A program made the translations under genes and the position numbers. From the NCBI GenBank assembly GCA_032718475.1, contig JAUCBJ010005093.1, positions 25,880 to 89,879 on the forward strand: a stretch of 64,000 bases of DNA, given 5' to 3'. The notes below the pieces were generated by a model, which was not told the DNA's origin, did no database searches, and saw nothing but the letters and a program-made list of their open reading frames with translations. Below, one piece after another: positions 31,502 through 43,150 of the stretch (position 1 is the stretch's first letter; each line of letters starts with the position of its first letter). The DNA is from Nemertoderma westbladi (lineage: Eukaryota > Animalia > Xenacoelomorpha).

Positions 31502-34500
31502 ATGTCTGACACAACCCAATCACTGTCGGATAGTCTCCTAGATAGCGTTAGAATGACTGTCAGAAAGTGTCTTAAAAAGATCAGTGACCCAGATCCAAGT
31601 ATAGAACATCCTAGATCCAAGTCTAAGTCACCTCCTGCTGTAAGAAGGGCCATCCCTACTGTATTAGTCTCAGACCCTGGGCTGGTCCAACATCGTAGGT
31701 CTATCATAGGCACTCGAGCTCGGGTCAAGCGGGACCAAGAAGCAGCGGAACAGCGACAACCCGCGAGCCAAGAGCTTACTTCTCAGCGGCCCAATAGCTC
31801 CGGTGGTTCGGATACTGTTGGGCGGACGCCCGAACGCGGAGCGAAGATGGCGGATAAGGTTTATGATGAGCGGCCAACCTATGAAGAATCAACCGACGCC
31901 ACTTCTTCTCAAGAAGAAAGCGAAGTGACAGCAGAGAAACCGCATAAGAGGGATGCTATTGACATCTATCTGTCAGACTATCAACGCTTTGTAGGAGATG
32001 AAGAGTTGAGGAGAAGGCTGGAGGGGCTTAGCCCTAATAGTGAAGGAACCAAGCTTGTGCTGGATGCAATCGATGCGGAAATGTTAGCGGCGAACCAAGC
32101 TAAATTCGATGAACAACTCCGCATCGCTAGAGAACAAGGAGAACAAGTAAAGAAAAAACGTATAGAAGATAGAAAGACAACGGCAGTGGCAGCAGCAGTG
32201 GCAGCGGCAGAAGCCGAAAGAAAAGCGGCACTGGCAATGGCAGAGGCAGCGGCAGAAACCGAAAGAAAAGTGGCAGAAACCGAAAGAAAAGCGGCACTGG
32301 CAATAGCAGAGGCAGCGGCAGAAACCGAAAGAAAGGCGGCACTGGCAATAGCAGAGGCAGTGGTAGAAGCCGAACGGAGGGCATCTGAAGAGGCAACCCA
32401 ACTAGAGTTGGAAATTCTTCAAGAGAAGCAAGACAACTTCAATAAACAGTTAACAGCGAGCAATATGCAGATGATGAGTCGATCTACTCCCAAGAGACAG
32501 GGGTATACATCATCTGAGGAAGGCGATACCACCGACACTGAAGGCGGAAGAAATCGATCTCGCCTAAGCAGACGTAAAAGAACATTCCACCGGCAGAAAT
32601 TGCCTGATTTGCCTCCAGCTGTTAGAAGGCAACTAAATAACACCAAAATAGGTAGTACAGAACCCACAGACCAAATGATTACAATAGAAAGACTCCCTAC
32701 TATAGTAGATGAGCCTGAAATAAATAGGCCTGTTCTTGAAATCACCCCTTCGGTAATAGATACACCTGTGCTCCCTGAAGCTACCTATAAATTCCCTCTA
32801 CATAGCACTAAGCTACCTGTGCCCCGTAGAACTGCCCAGGAGACAGTTCAGGTCCTGGACCCCGAGCGAAATATTCCGAATTTGTCGCCCGTTGTCCCTT
32901 GTCTGCCCGCTACGACGTTGGCGGATCCCGTTTCGGCGGTTGATGGGGTAGACGAGAGACGGCGGGGGATGGATATTCTCCTCGGAGAGATGAAGGAGAA
33001 TCGGAGACTCTCCTCCCAACAGGTCCGAGAGTTGGAAGGGACTGTCCAACATTTAAAGGGAACAGTGAGGGAAAGTAAGTTAGAGTTGCAAGAAGTGCAG
33101 CAAAATAGTGCGCTAGAGCGCGATAAATTAGTAAATTTACAAAAGGGTATACCACCACCCCCTGTAACAATGTGTCAACCCGTTAGGTCTGAAGTATCTC
33201 ATGCGCAAGGTGTGGAGCCTACACGCATTTATACTGCTAGCGAAGTAGAAACTCCTATAGTGAACCCTATTAAGGGTAATTATAGACCTGTTGATAATGA
33301 TATTCCCTATAGAACTGATCATAATCCGAGAAATTTATATACCGATAACTCGATATTAAATAGCACGATGGCCCAAGAAAGTTTTACGCGTCAAATGGCT
33401 AGAACCGAAGCCCGGCAAGCGGTAAAGGTTGGAGAGATCGTCAAGTTCAATGGAGATGAGATGAAATGGTTACCTTTTAATGAATATTACAAAGATAACA
33501 TACAGAACTCTGTACTATCTAATGGAGAAAAACTTAGATACCTCATCGAGTGCTTGGAAGGATCTCCCAAGTTAATGGCGTTAAAGTTTATTGGACATCC
33601 CGACGGATTAAGACAAGTTTGGGATACACTAAACATCAGGTATGGTAATAGGAATAACATCGCTGGGTACTTATATGCAAAGTTAGTAGCGCCCCGAAAG
33701 TTTATTAGTAGCGGAATTATCGAGTTTTCCGATGAGATCAAGGAGATCTGCAGACAATTAGATTGGCTAGGTAAGTCTCATGAGTATCAGAGTGCTATGG
33801 TTATTAGAGCAGTGGCTTCTGCTTTACCGAAGGGTGGAGTAGGTACACGCTGGGATAAGAAAGTGTTATATATGATGGAACAACAACGACGAGACCCTAC
33901 CATGGCTGATCTCATGTCATTCTTAGATGGAGAAGTGAAATTACAGCTCCTAAGGCAGTCCAGAGAGAGGACATTGGAAAACAAGGTAAGTGAGAAACCC
34001 GTTTCTAGGAGAAGGGTAACACCAGTATGTTATACCGACGACGGTGAAAGCCAAACTTCTCAAGGAGAGGACAGCGGGAAAGACACTGACAGATCTTATT
34101 ATGTCAATAAAATGCCTAAAGATCAGGTAAGTAAATCCGAGTCTCGACCCAATGACAGAAGGGAACCGGTACAAAAAACCCTTCCTACGTCTCCTAAAAG
34201 AATTCAGGTGAGAAAGCCCGAGGAAAGAACAAGTGTGCACCACATAGCACAGGTTAAAGTAAGTAACATCAAGCCGAAATGTGTGCTGTGCGACGGGCCC
34301 CACCGTTTAAATGCGTGTGATAAATTCCTGAGGAAATCACTAAAGGATAGACGTGAAGTCATGTGGGATAAGCGGTTGTGTTATAATTGCCTCAGACGAG
34401 GACACCAACGGCGAACCTGTAACTCCGACGCAAGGTGTGCAAAGTGCGGCGCAAAACATCATATCTTGTTGCACACGGAATTCGAACGAAACATCCCGAG

Positions 34501-36019
34501 TCAGGTAAGTGAGTCCGAACTACATGTCCAATTCAGTGATGTGAACGACACTGATCAATCTGAGATGGAAGGATTCTATACGGACGAGTTCTCCGACCAA
34601 AACGAATCCTGTTACCTAATAAACACCACCGCAGTGTATCGAGCACTCGTGTATGAGAAAGACACAGACAGCGACCTTACCTTAACTACTTCCGATCAAC
34701 AACCATCTTGGAAAGCGCCAACTTCCAATATAGGAATCCGAGAATTTCCTGTAGTCCAGTTACGGGTCCACGGACCTCAGAAGAGCTATATAGTGAACGC
34801 CCTCCTGGACTCCGGTAGCACAGGAACATTCATCGATAGGGAACTAGCCGAAGTCATCTTTGCTGGACAACCCAAGTTCCGAACCAAGCTAAACATGTCA
34901 GGGATCATGCAGGTTTGGAATTCTACTGTAGCTGCCGACTATTATATAGGTGAGTTGTCCACCCCCCAGGACGAACTAGGAGAACATAGCATCAGGTCAG
35001 TGAAAATGGTGGCTATAAAGAACTTCGCTACTACTCAAGCAGACCTTTATAATTGGGACGAGGATGAGAGCATCCAACATCTTAACATACCTCGATTCCA
35101 GACTGATTATCCTGGAGTGCAAATACTCATCGGCCAAAACGCGCATGAGGCGCTGGAGACATTAGAGAAACGGCCTGCTCAACCGCAGCCACTACAGACC
35201 TATGCGGTAAGAACTAGAGTAGGTTGGTACCTTACTGGACCTTCCCGTAGAACGCTCAGGGAAAGACTGCTTCAAGATCGCGTCTGCCAGGTGAGTGAAT
35301 GGGAAGATGATACTAGTGAGGGAGACGACCCAACTGAGGGAACACCACACTCCTCAGATAATGACAATCTTAGCTCCAATGTAGATCAATGGAGATATTG
35401 CCCCAAGAAGTTTAATCCAACGGACATCGCTTCCAGAGGAGCAACTCCTCAAGAACTGACAGATACTATAGACCGGTTAGGTGAACCCGACTTCCTGAGT
35501 AAGGAGAATGAATGGCCTCCCCATCTTACTCCGACTGAGATTAGACCAGCCAAGGGAGCGGAGAAAGTCGAACCTGAAACCCGGACGGGTGGATCGGAGT
35601 TATTTGAACCCGGGATAGATCTGTCGGTATTACATGTTGCCAGGGACGACGCCGTGGATCTGGGCCTCCCCTCCGCGAGTGGATCCTTCATGAAGATCAG
35701 AGAGAGCGATTGGAGCTCTGGAACATCAGACGTCTCGCAGGGACTCTCACCTCTCCTGCAGAGAGCGACGGACCACTATAGCTCCTGGAATCGGCTTTGT
35801 GACGCCGTCATATACTTTGAGCGATGTTTCTATCGTCACTATTCCAGGACGAAGAGGAAACCTGGAATTGTATTCAGGATGCAGCGACTCAATCACCCAG
35901 TCGGTCGTTTGTGTTTATCGGAAGGGAATGGAGGACTCTCCGGAAACTGTGGAAGGCAAGATTCTCTTCCCACGACCACCTCCCTAATCCTTCAAACATC
36001 TAGGGACTCCATAACGTAA
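31502..36019 (+). CDS. Gag-protease polyprotein with RT/RNase H and integrase deleted (1505 aa)
   Basis: Gag knuckles CVLCDGPHRLNAC, CYNCLRRGHQRRTC, CAKCGAKHHILLH; protease LLDSGS; then directly the RNase H tail QWRYCPKKFNPTDIASRG. No YxDD and no DDE. Confidence 0.92.
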   Translation: MSDTTQSLSDSLLDSVRMTVRKCLKKISDPDPSIEHPRSKSKSPPAVRRAIPTVLVSDPGLVQHRRSIIGTRARVKRDQEAAEQRQPASQELTSQRPNSSGGSDTVGRTPERGAKMADKVYDERPTYEESTDATSSQEESEVTAEKPHKRDAIDIYLSDYQRFVGDEELRRRLEGLSPNSEGTKLVLDAIDAEMLAANQAKFDEQLRIAREQGEQVKKKRIEDRKTTAVAAAVAAAEAERKAALAMAEAAAETERKVAETERKAALAIAEAAAETERKAALAIAEAVVEAERRASEEATQLELEILQEKQDNFNKQLTASNMQMMSRSTPKRQGYTSSEEGDTTDTEGGRNRSRLSRRKRTFHRQKLPDLPPAVRRQLNNTKIGSTEPTDQMITIERLPTIVDEPEINRPVLEITPSVIDTPVLPEATYKFPLHSTKLPVPRRTAQETVQVLDPERNIPNLSPVVPCLPATTLADPVSAVDGVDERRRGMDILLGEMKENRRLSSQQVRELEGTVQHLKGTVRESKLELQEVQQNSALERDKLVNLQKGIPPPPVTMCQPVRSEVSHAQGVEPTRIYTASEVETPIVNPIKGNYRPVDNDIPYRTDHNPRNLYTDNSILNSTMAQESFTRQMARTEARQAVKVGEIVKFNGDEMKWLPFNEYYKDNIQNSVLSNGEKLRYLIECLEGSPKLMALKFIGHPDGLRQVWDTLNIRYGNRNNIAGYLYAKLVAPRKFISSGIIEFSDEIKEICRQLDWLGKSHEYQSAMVIRAVASALPKGGVGTRWDKKVLYMMEQQRRDPTMADLMSFLDGEVKLQLLRQSRERTLENKVSEKPVSRRRVTPVCYTDDGESQTSQGEDSGKDTDRSYYVNKMPKDQVSKSESRPNDRREPVQKTLPTSPKRIQVRKPEERTSVHHIAQVKVSNIKPKCVLCDGPHRLNACDKFLRKSLKDRREVMWDKRLCYNCLRRGHQRRTCNSDARCAKCGAKHHILLHTEFERNIPSQVSESELHVQFSDVNDTDQSEMEGFYTDEFSDQNESCYLINTTAVYRALVYEKDTDSDLTLTTSDQQPSWKAPTSNIGIREFPVVQLRVHGPQKSYIVNALLDSGSTGTFIDRELAEVIFAGQPKFRTKLNMSGIMQVWNSTVAADYYIGELSTPQDELGEHSIRSVKMVAIKNFATTQADLYNWDEDESIQHLNIPRFQTDYPGVQILIGQNAHEALETLEKRPAQPQPLQTYAVRTRVGWYLTGPSRRTLRERLLQDRVCQVSEWEDDTSEGDDPTEGTPHSSDNDNLSSNVDQWRYCPKKFNPTDIASRGATPQELTDTIDRLGEPDFLSKENEWPPHLTPTEIRPAKGAEKVEPETRTGGSELFEPGIDLSVLHVARDDAVDLGLPSASGSFMKIRESDWSSGTSDVSQGLSPLLQRATDHYSSWNRLCDAVIYFERCFYRHYSRTKRKPGIVFRMQRLNHPVGRLCLSEGNGGLSGNCGRQDSLPTTTSLILQTSRDSIT

Positions 36020-37634
36020 CAACATATGGAGTGGGTGTGTGACTCTATTATTTTATATTATTTTATTATTTTTATATTTATGTATGTATTACTATGTAAT
36101 TCTATTATAATCGTTTTCTTTAATTTTATTCAGTAGAATGTTATTTTAGCGATTATTTAGTAGATTAGTGCAATATATATTCGCGTTTATTACTTAATTA
36201 CGTATATATTATATTTAATGCGACGGCAAGAAATAATTCTTTTCCTTCTTCCTTACTGTCCGTATTACATTACAAATACGTAACTACAGTAAGATGAAAT
36301 GTCCGTACTTATTAAAGTACAATAAAGCCACTACTATATTTAAGTATTATTGGTAGGCAGAGTATTAGGAATGCAAAGTTCAGATCCTCGTGTCTCGGCT
36401 AAACCAAGCTCTGGGTAGACCTTGGAAACGACTTGCCTCTTCACACTGACATTGCTTCGTGCGATATTGCTCTCATACCGTATATTAAATAATACATATA
36501 GTAGCGTGATGTCCCTTTAACAGTAGCGTATAACGCAAAATAAATCTGTTAAACCCTTTGACCATCTGTAATTCTAGTCGATTAAGATATCGTGGCACCC
36601 ACCGATATACTTGAAAGACAAATTATAGAATCAGTGGTTAACGTCCCCAGACAAGTTCTGGAATAAATTGGTGCCCATCTCAAATATTAATTATTTAATA
36701 TTTGCAAATCTAATAAATCAAATCTGTAAAATTCAGATCCTTCAACAATTCTAGTCAATTAAGATATCGTAGCATTTACCGATATTCTTAAAAAAGACAA
36801 TTGTCATAGAATTAAGGATCTTGTGTCCCTAGACATGTTCTAGAATCAAAATATGTCCATGTCATGCCTTTTAATGAATTTAATAAATTGCCATTTTTAC
36901 GCAATTTATAAAGTTCCCAAAATTCCATTAATTAATAGATCAAGGGAGCGGAGATTTATCTTATCATGCGTATGAGTGTGTGAAAGTCTCCCAAACATAG
37001 TCAATAGCCGATAAAATTCATAAAGTCATGTATAAAACAGAACATTGACTATTAAAGAATACTATTAAATAACATCCCAGATCTGTATGCATTGGAATCA
37101 CCCTAATTCTACCGCTAGCTTTGCATAATGTCACCATAGCAACAACCACGCTAGAATTAGAATTGAGTTAAAAGAACAATAGAAAGCTTGTCCCATTGAA
37201 TAGCATAAGGAATAAATAGCGCACTACTAGTATCCAAGGATACATAATAATACAGTGACATTCTGGAAGGCATTGACTAACGGACAAATGGCCCGAATGT
37301 GTGTAATTTGTGACAAGTTGTGTGTGTGGTATTTGTGAGTTTATAGGTGAATGTTACTGCTAAAGTGTGTTTACAGTAGCTAGTCGCAATCGTAAAAGTA
37401 ACCTAACTCTCCAAGGAAAACCTGAAGTACATCTAAGCCTTTGGGACGGACAGTTGAGTGACTTGTGCCGGTTGTCGTTGTCGTTGTGCGGCTACGTCGT
37501 TGGCGAAAGTACAGCGGCGACGACACATCGGCGCTGAGGATCTCGTACTGTCCGGGGGTTGATTGGGGTAGGCAGCGACGCTCGCTAGCCTAAATATAAA
37601 CTCATTATAATATGGATAAACTCATATAGCAGAT

Positions 37635-38807
37635 ATGGTTGAGTTGATAGAAGATGATCTTGGTATCGGGGAGCGATATACTCTACTTTTACAAGCGTTT
37701 GTTGATAGCTTATATACGCAGCGTAATGGTATGTATATGGGCTTCTTAACTACTGGTCATCCTATCGATTTACACAATACGGACTATGTCGACTATATAT
37801 CCTGCCCAGCGGAGTCGGAACCATAAACTGAAATTCGAATGCGAAAATTCTATTCGAAATCGACTCGAAAGAAAAGACACTAAAGAAACAAATAAACGCG
37901 GTAACTCCAACGTATATTTGGAATTCTTGATAGAAGCATTGTAACAACAAATAAATATCACCCGCGTTTACCCTACCAGACGTGCGTCTTTGGTATTATT
38001 ACGATAAATGCCCTAGACCCAACTAATAAACGGAAAGACATAAACATCCACGTAAACCGAAACTTGTTGACGTATCACCTATGCTCACTCGGCTCGAACG
38101 ATCCTGGAGTAAACCTACGATCAGAGTCCCGGAATACTCGGTCAAACCTCCTCATTCCTTAGTTGGACCTCAGACCTGCGATCCTGGTGGTGTCGCGGAT
38201 CCTCGCGGACTGTATTCACTGTTCAAAGATCTAGTGCTACCCTAACAATTAATCGGTAACACTCCGACAGTGATTTCTAGCTAGCCGCCCATCTTACCTA
38301 GCCGGATTGTGACGCGGACATTTAATATCGCCGTTTAACCCTTACCATCGTCCCGGCTTGACACGATATAACCTGTCACCAGAGTGGCGGAGAACGTTGT
38401 ACCAAACGAATTAAACGCTATTCTACAAAGATCAGAAAGGAAACCTACGTTTGTTCAGATAAACGTAAGTTATAACAGCAAGTCCAAGCGATAAACGAAT
38501 TGTCTTTATCTCAGTTCGATTGTGAAATCCAGAATCTCTAAGAAGATATCGCACTTAGACAACCCCATTCTCTGCGAGAGTTTTTGGATGAACGTATCCA
38601 GCTACGAGCGGAGGAAAATCAGCTCGAGGAGAAGCATATCGAAACGGCGGATACCCCGACCACAATCCTACACCTTCTGATGCAATCATATTGCACCCTT
38701 CACCCAGGAGTTATGGCCCTCCTAGTAAAGTGGCTCCCCCCAAAGAGAAAAAGACTCTTGCTAGCCTCAAAAAACTGCGTAAACGCCGTCTGCGTAAGAA
38801 AGACTAA
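37635..38807 (+). pseudogene. Decayed accessory ORF remnant of element B ending in a basic tail
   Basis: ATG preceded by a GCAG acceptor-like site; protein-like stretches broken by TAA/TAG and frameshifts. The last 52 codons are homologous to element C 53714..53872. Confidence 0.5.
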
Positions 38808-38885
38808 CTGTTTAGAGTATCTTTATGTTTTAGAAACTGTGATTTTTATATTTTATAGACTGAAAATCCCATTTTCTGGGAGTGG

Positions 38886-40092
38886 TGTAAAAGCTTTTGC
38901 TGAATTGTCCGGTTATTTTTCCTTATTTTTCCCGTAAAATACTCTGTAGTTGGTTTACCAGGCATAAAAAGGCCGTGTCCTTGCTGTACTGGTGTTTTAG
39001 CGGACATAAAAGCTATTTCTTCTGTATTTGTACTTTAGAGGACATAATCCGTAATTCCGTGACGTAAAAGCTCGATACTCTTGAAAACAGTGTCGCTACC
39101 ATGACGACAGCTAGCAGCTGATATTGCCACGTCGACGTTTCTTTGTTTCTCTGTTCTCTCGTTGTTCAGGTTGACCAATCAGAGCGTTTGTTGTCTTTGT
39201 GTTGGAGGTATATACAGAACTAGAGTAGTTCAGTGTTATGTTTTTGCCCAGAGCCTAAGAACCGGCTTTGGCACCTCCGTGTTTTCAGTTTTTAGTCTTA
39301 CACTAGTAGGTTTAATTATAAAGGGCATATATCCTTTAACTCATGGAATCACTGCTGACTGATCATACATGCTGACTGCTGAAACATTGCAAACTCATAA
39401 CAATCAGTGTTTTCATTGTTGTTTTATACTGCTATTTACTGTCAGTTCTTCATAATATGGTTGATGAATTATTATATTTGGAATAACGATAAATAACCCC
39501 GAAACCCAATATTCTTGATATACCGAAGGTAAGAGAGAAGGGTTACAGATAAACGATTGTGACTTATGTTAAAGTGGTTTGAAGTGAATCTAATGTTATT
39601 TGATAGACCCTACATGAGTCAGTCTGTGTTCCTTTTATATGTGACTAAAATCAGTGAAGATTGGCAGATTAGTGTGCAGTATTGTGCAGCATTGTGTATG
39701 AGTGAGTCTGTTAAAGAAGCAATTCCTAAAGAATGCGCCATATATGTGAATTATAATTAAGCCATATCGTTGTGAGTAGTTTAAGTCATAACTCTGTTTA
39801 TATAGATAAAGCGCCACGTCCTAAAGGAACTGTTAATATTACCGAAGGTGAATAATATTGTCAGAGATTATATAATACTGTCAGTCGAATAATACATTAG
39901 GCTTACATAGCAATAAAATTAAACCGTCGAACCCAATCTCCCGGGAATATCCAGCGGGTGAATGATCGCGCACAGATTGGTTTCGACTAGTGTAGTGAAT
40001 CAAATACTTGTCATAGACTAAAAACCGATTTAATATCTAGCAGACATCTTAATTTGGTGGGTTAAACTGCCAAAGGTCTGAAAGCGCGAACA
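38886..40092 (+). repeat. 3' LTR of element B (1207 bp)
   Basis: Copy of 28038..29241. Confidence 0.96.
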
Positions 40093-40324
40093 ACTTATAA
40101 AACATTTTTGACTAATGTTTATGTTCTCACATTAAAATAACATTTTTTTAACATCAACAGTTATCATTTATTTAATGTCTGACAAAGACATTATAGAGTA
40201 ATGTTAAAATAACATATATTGAACATCTAAATATTCTATCAAACAAGGGAATAACATTTATCAACATTTATAACAAATTAATGATGTTTTTCTGACATTC
40301 CGTGAAAGTAAATTGTTTGCAGGG

Positions 40325-40901
40325 GTATAACAGCAGTGCGAGTGTGTGGTGTTGTGTGGGCGCCGAGCAGCTCCAAGCTTTTTTAAGTCTGTAACCTGGT
40401 AACCTGCTCCTTTCCCTGATTTGGTAAAGTGATTGTTTATTGTTTTGGTTAGAAAATCCCGCCTCTGTAACCTGCTCCTTTCTCTCAATTGGTAATGTTA
40501 TCGTTTATTGTTTTGGTTAGAAAATCCCGTCTCTGTAACCTGCTCCTTTCCCTGATTTGCAAAAGTGACTGTTTATTGTTTTGGTTAGAAAATCCCGCCT
40601 TTGTAACCTGCTCCTTTCCCTCAATTAGTTAAATGATCGTTTATTGTTTTGGTTAGAAAGGCCTGCCTCTGTAACCTGCACCTTTCCTTCATTTGGTAAA
40701 GTGACTGTTTATTGTTTTGTATAATTTTTGTAAGTTTTAGTAGTAATAAGTTTTGTTTATTGTATAATTCAGGGGGGGCATAATTTCCTAAGGGGGGGCA
40801 TTTTTTCCTAGGGAAATTTGCCCGGGGGGGCATTTTTTCCTAGGAAAATATGCCCCCCCGGGCACATTTCCCGGGGGGGGCATATTTTCCTGTTACACCG
40901 G
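40325..40901. repeat. Dispersed ~570-bp repeat (copy 1): ~62-bp tandem units plus a palindromic G/C-run terminus ending TGTTACACCGG
   Basis: Matches 43151..43719; partial third copy at ~42739-42835. Confidence 0.88.
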
Positions 40902-41749
40902 ATCAGTGCGAAGCCACGCCAGGTGGGGGTGGCCCGGTGCACAAAATCCTGCGCCGGCTCTGTGAAATGCTCAGCCAGGCTGCCAGGTGTAAAAAAAGTA
41001 TTAATAATTAGGCCTACCGATAATACAGTAATAATACAATAGGCAGGTCTTTCCCAATAATTTGAAATTTTCAAGTGCCATGAGGCCCGCTTAGAATTTT
41101 TCGAAATCAAAAATTGTTTTTTGCAAAGTTAGTTTAGACCGATTTGGCATCAGAAAAATAGTGCTTCCCTTAAAAATAAATAATTTTTTTACTGTACTGT
41201 ATTTTTTTACCTACTGTACTGTAGATGTAGAACCAAACATGATCTGACTTTATCTGACGCCCCGACGTGGAGGTACACTAACTACGTACAGTAAATATAG
41301 GATATCCTTAATTTGGATTCTTTCTACTGTAATATATTGGATATAGTTTACTCCTGCAATTATTATAATGTTTATTTATAGGTACAGTAGGTTTCATTTT
41401 TGATAGGAGGAAGCCTTCTCATTTGTTTATACTGTATTATTTTTATATTTCGCCAGTCAGTTAGGTTGTACTGTATCCATCTTGTTCATATATAATTCTT
41501 GAGCAGTCCTTGAATTAGCCTCTTTTAGCCTATTGAAAGCTAGTTGCTTCCATTTCTCCGGTTCTGGGAGTTTCTACTGGGTATCATTATTCTATCAGTG
41601 TTGGGGGGGGGGGGGGGGGGGGGGTGTCTGTATGGTCTTTGGGTTGCTTTTTACTGCTGTATTCATACCATTATATAATAACATACTGTATTACAGTATT
41701 AGACTGTGCAATACAGCCATTATACAGTTCCGCTCTCAAAAAGAATTCC

Positions 41750-41846
41750 TTTGATCAAACATTGATCAAACTTTGATCAAACATTGATCAAACTTTGATC
41801 AAACATTGATCAAACTTTGATCAAACATTGATCAAACTTTGATCAA
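41750..41846. repeat. 11-bp tandem repeat (WTTGATCAAAC)n
   Basis: About 9 copies with a palindromic TTGATCAA core. Confidence 0.92.
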
Positions 41847-41900
41847 AATGTGTCCATAGAATATCATTGAAAGTAGCATTGACATTGAAATGACACGTTC

Positions 41901-42506
41901 GTGGGGACTTCGCGCAGCACGTAGTCGGCAAGCCTTGGCATACGGTTCATATAGAGCAAATGGGGCATGTCTAGTTTGGACCCCATATCCCATGCTATAA
42001 ATGTATTCATTCGATATACAATCATATGTTAATCCGCTAGGTGGTGTCAAATTGTTATTCTGCAATTTCGTACTTACCAGTGCAGCACTGTACAGAAGTA
42101 CCGTACCGGTAGGCCTATGTCATTACTTCTGAGTCTCTAGCGGATCCCCAATTAAATGTCTTAACTTTTCAATTTCGTAAAAGATAGACTTCATGATTCT
42201 CTACAGGCCACCAAAATTTCAGCTCAGGAAAATGAGGCCTTCCCGAGAAATTTAACATTTTCTAAAAACCACATAATCTGTCGTAGCTGACGTCAGACTG
42301 CATGATTTTTCACCAAACTTTACAAACTTTCTAAACTTTCTCTCTACTACTTACCTACTAAGTTTGGTTCAATTCCGAACGAGCGATGCCGAGAAATTCG
42401 CGTTCAAACATTTACCAGACGGACGGACAGACAGACAGACGGACATGCCCCATTTGCCCTATATAAACCGTATGCCAAGGCTCGCCGACTACGTGTCTCG
42501 CCCCAC
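41901..42506. mobile_element. Non-autonomous inverted-repeat element (MITE or Helentron/HINE-like)
   Basis: ~65-bp imperfect inverted repeats (CACGTAGTCGGC..GCCTTGGCATACGGTT..GCAAATGGGGCATGTC and its reverse complement), with a (GACR)n microsatellite inside the right arm. Confidence 0.7.
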
Positions 42507-43150
42507 ATTGATGGCATATTGAAATGACCTTGAAATCGACCCACCGAAATTCCAGACTTTCTGTAATTAGCCCCCCTCAAAAGTCTGAAAACTGGTACGA
42601 TACCGGTCTGCTGGTAGCCTCTTTTAATCCGCAATAATTTTTATTGTCCGTTTTTATCCTTTTTTTGTCATTTTTTTTTTATTTTTTATGTCATCCAAAA
42701 GTCTAATGTTATTCTGTATTTTAGTACCGGTACCGGTACTGTAACCTGCTCCTTTCTCTCAATTGGTAATGTTATCGTTTATTGTTTTGGTTAGAAAATC
42801 CCGTCTCTGTAACCTGCTCCTTTCCCTCAATTAGTTAAAAGTTAAATTAGTTAAATTAGAAATCAGCAGTCTGACAGTTTGAAGAAATACATACATAAAA
42901 AATGACAATAAAAGTCATTAAATGGACAACAAAAGTCATTATGCATAATTCGTAAAAAAAAAATGACAAAAAAAGTCAAATAAAATGACATAAAAAATCA
43001 CTGCCCTTTTAATCTACCAACTGCAGAACTTGTAATAGTTTGAAGAATAGTACGGTACCGGTCTGCCGGTAGGTAAGCAGGTAAGGCAGTAAGGGATGTA
43101 GAACAGCATACTGAAGTATCTAAGTCAGTAGGCTACTGTAGTAAGTACTG

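Larger units (their letters stand above)
28038..40092 (+). mobile_element. Non-autonomous BEL/Pao LTR element B, complete with 5-bp TSD ACTTA
   Basis: Paired LTRs TGTAAAAG...GCGCGAACA; ACTTA at 28033-28037 and 40093-40097; purine-rich GGGAGTGG before the 3' LTR. Confidence 0.96.

Noticed and set aside
37635-38650. Alternative genetic code (TAA/TAG = Gln)
   Set aside because: Neighbouring intact ORFs of >1000 codons contain no internal TAA/TAG, and several terminate at TAA.
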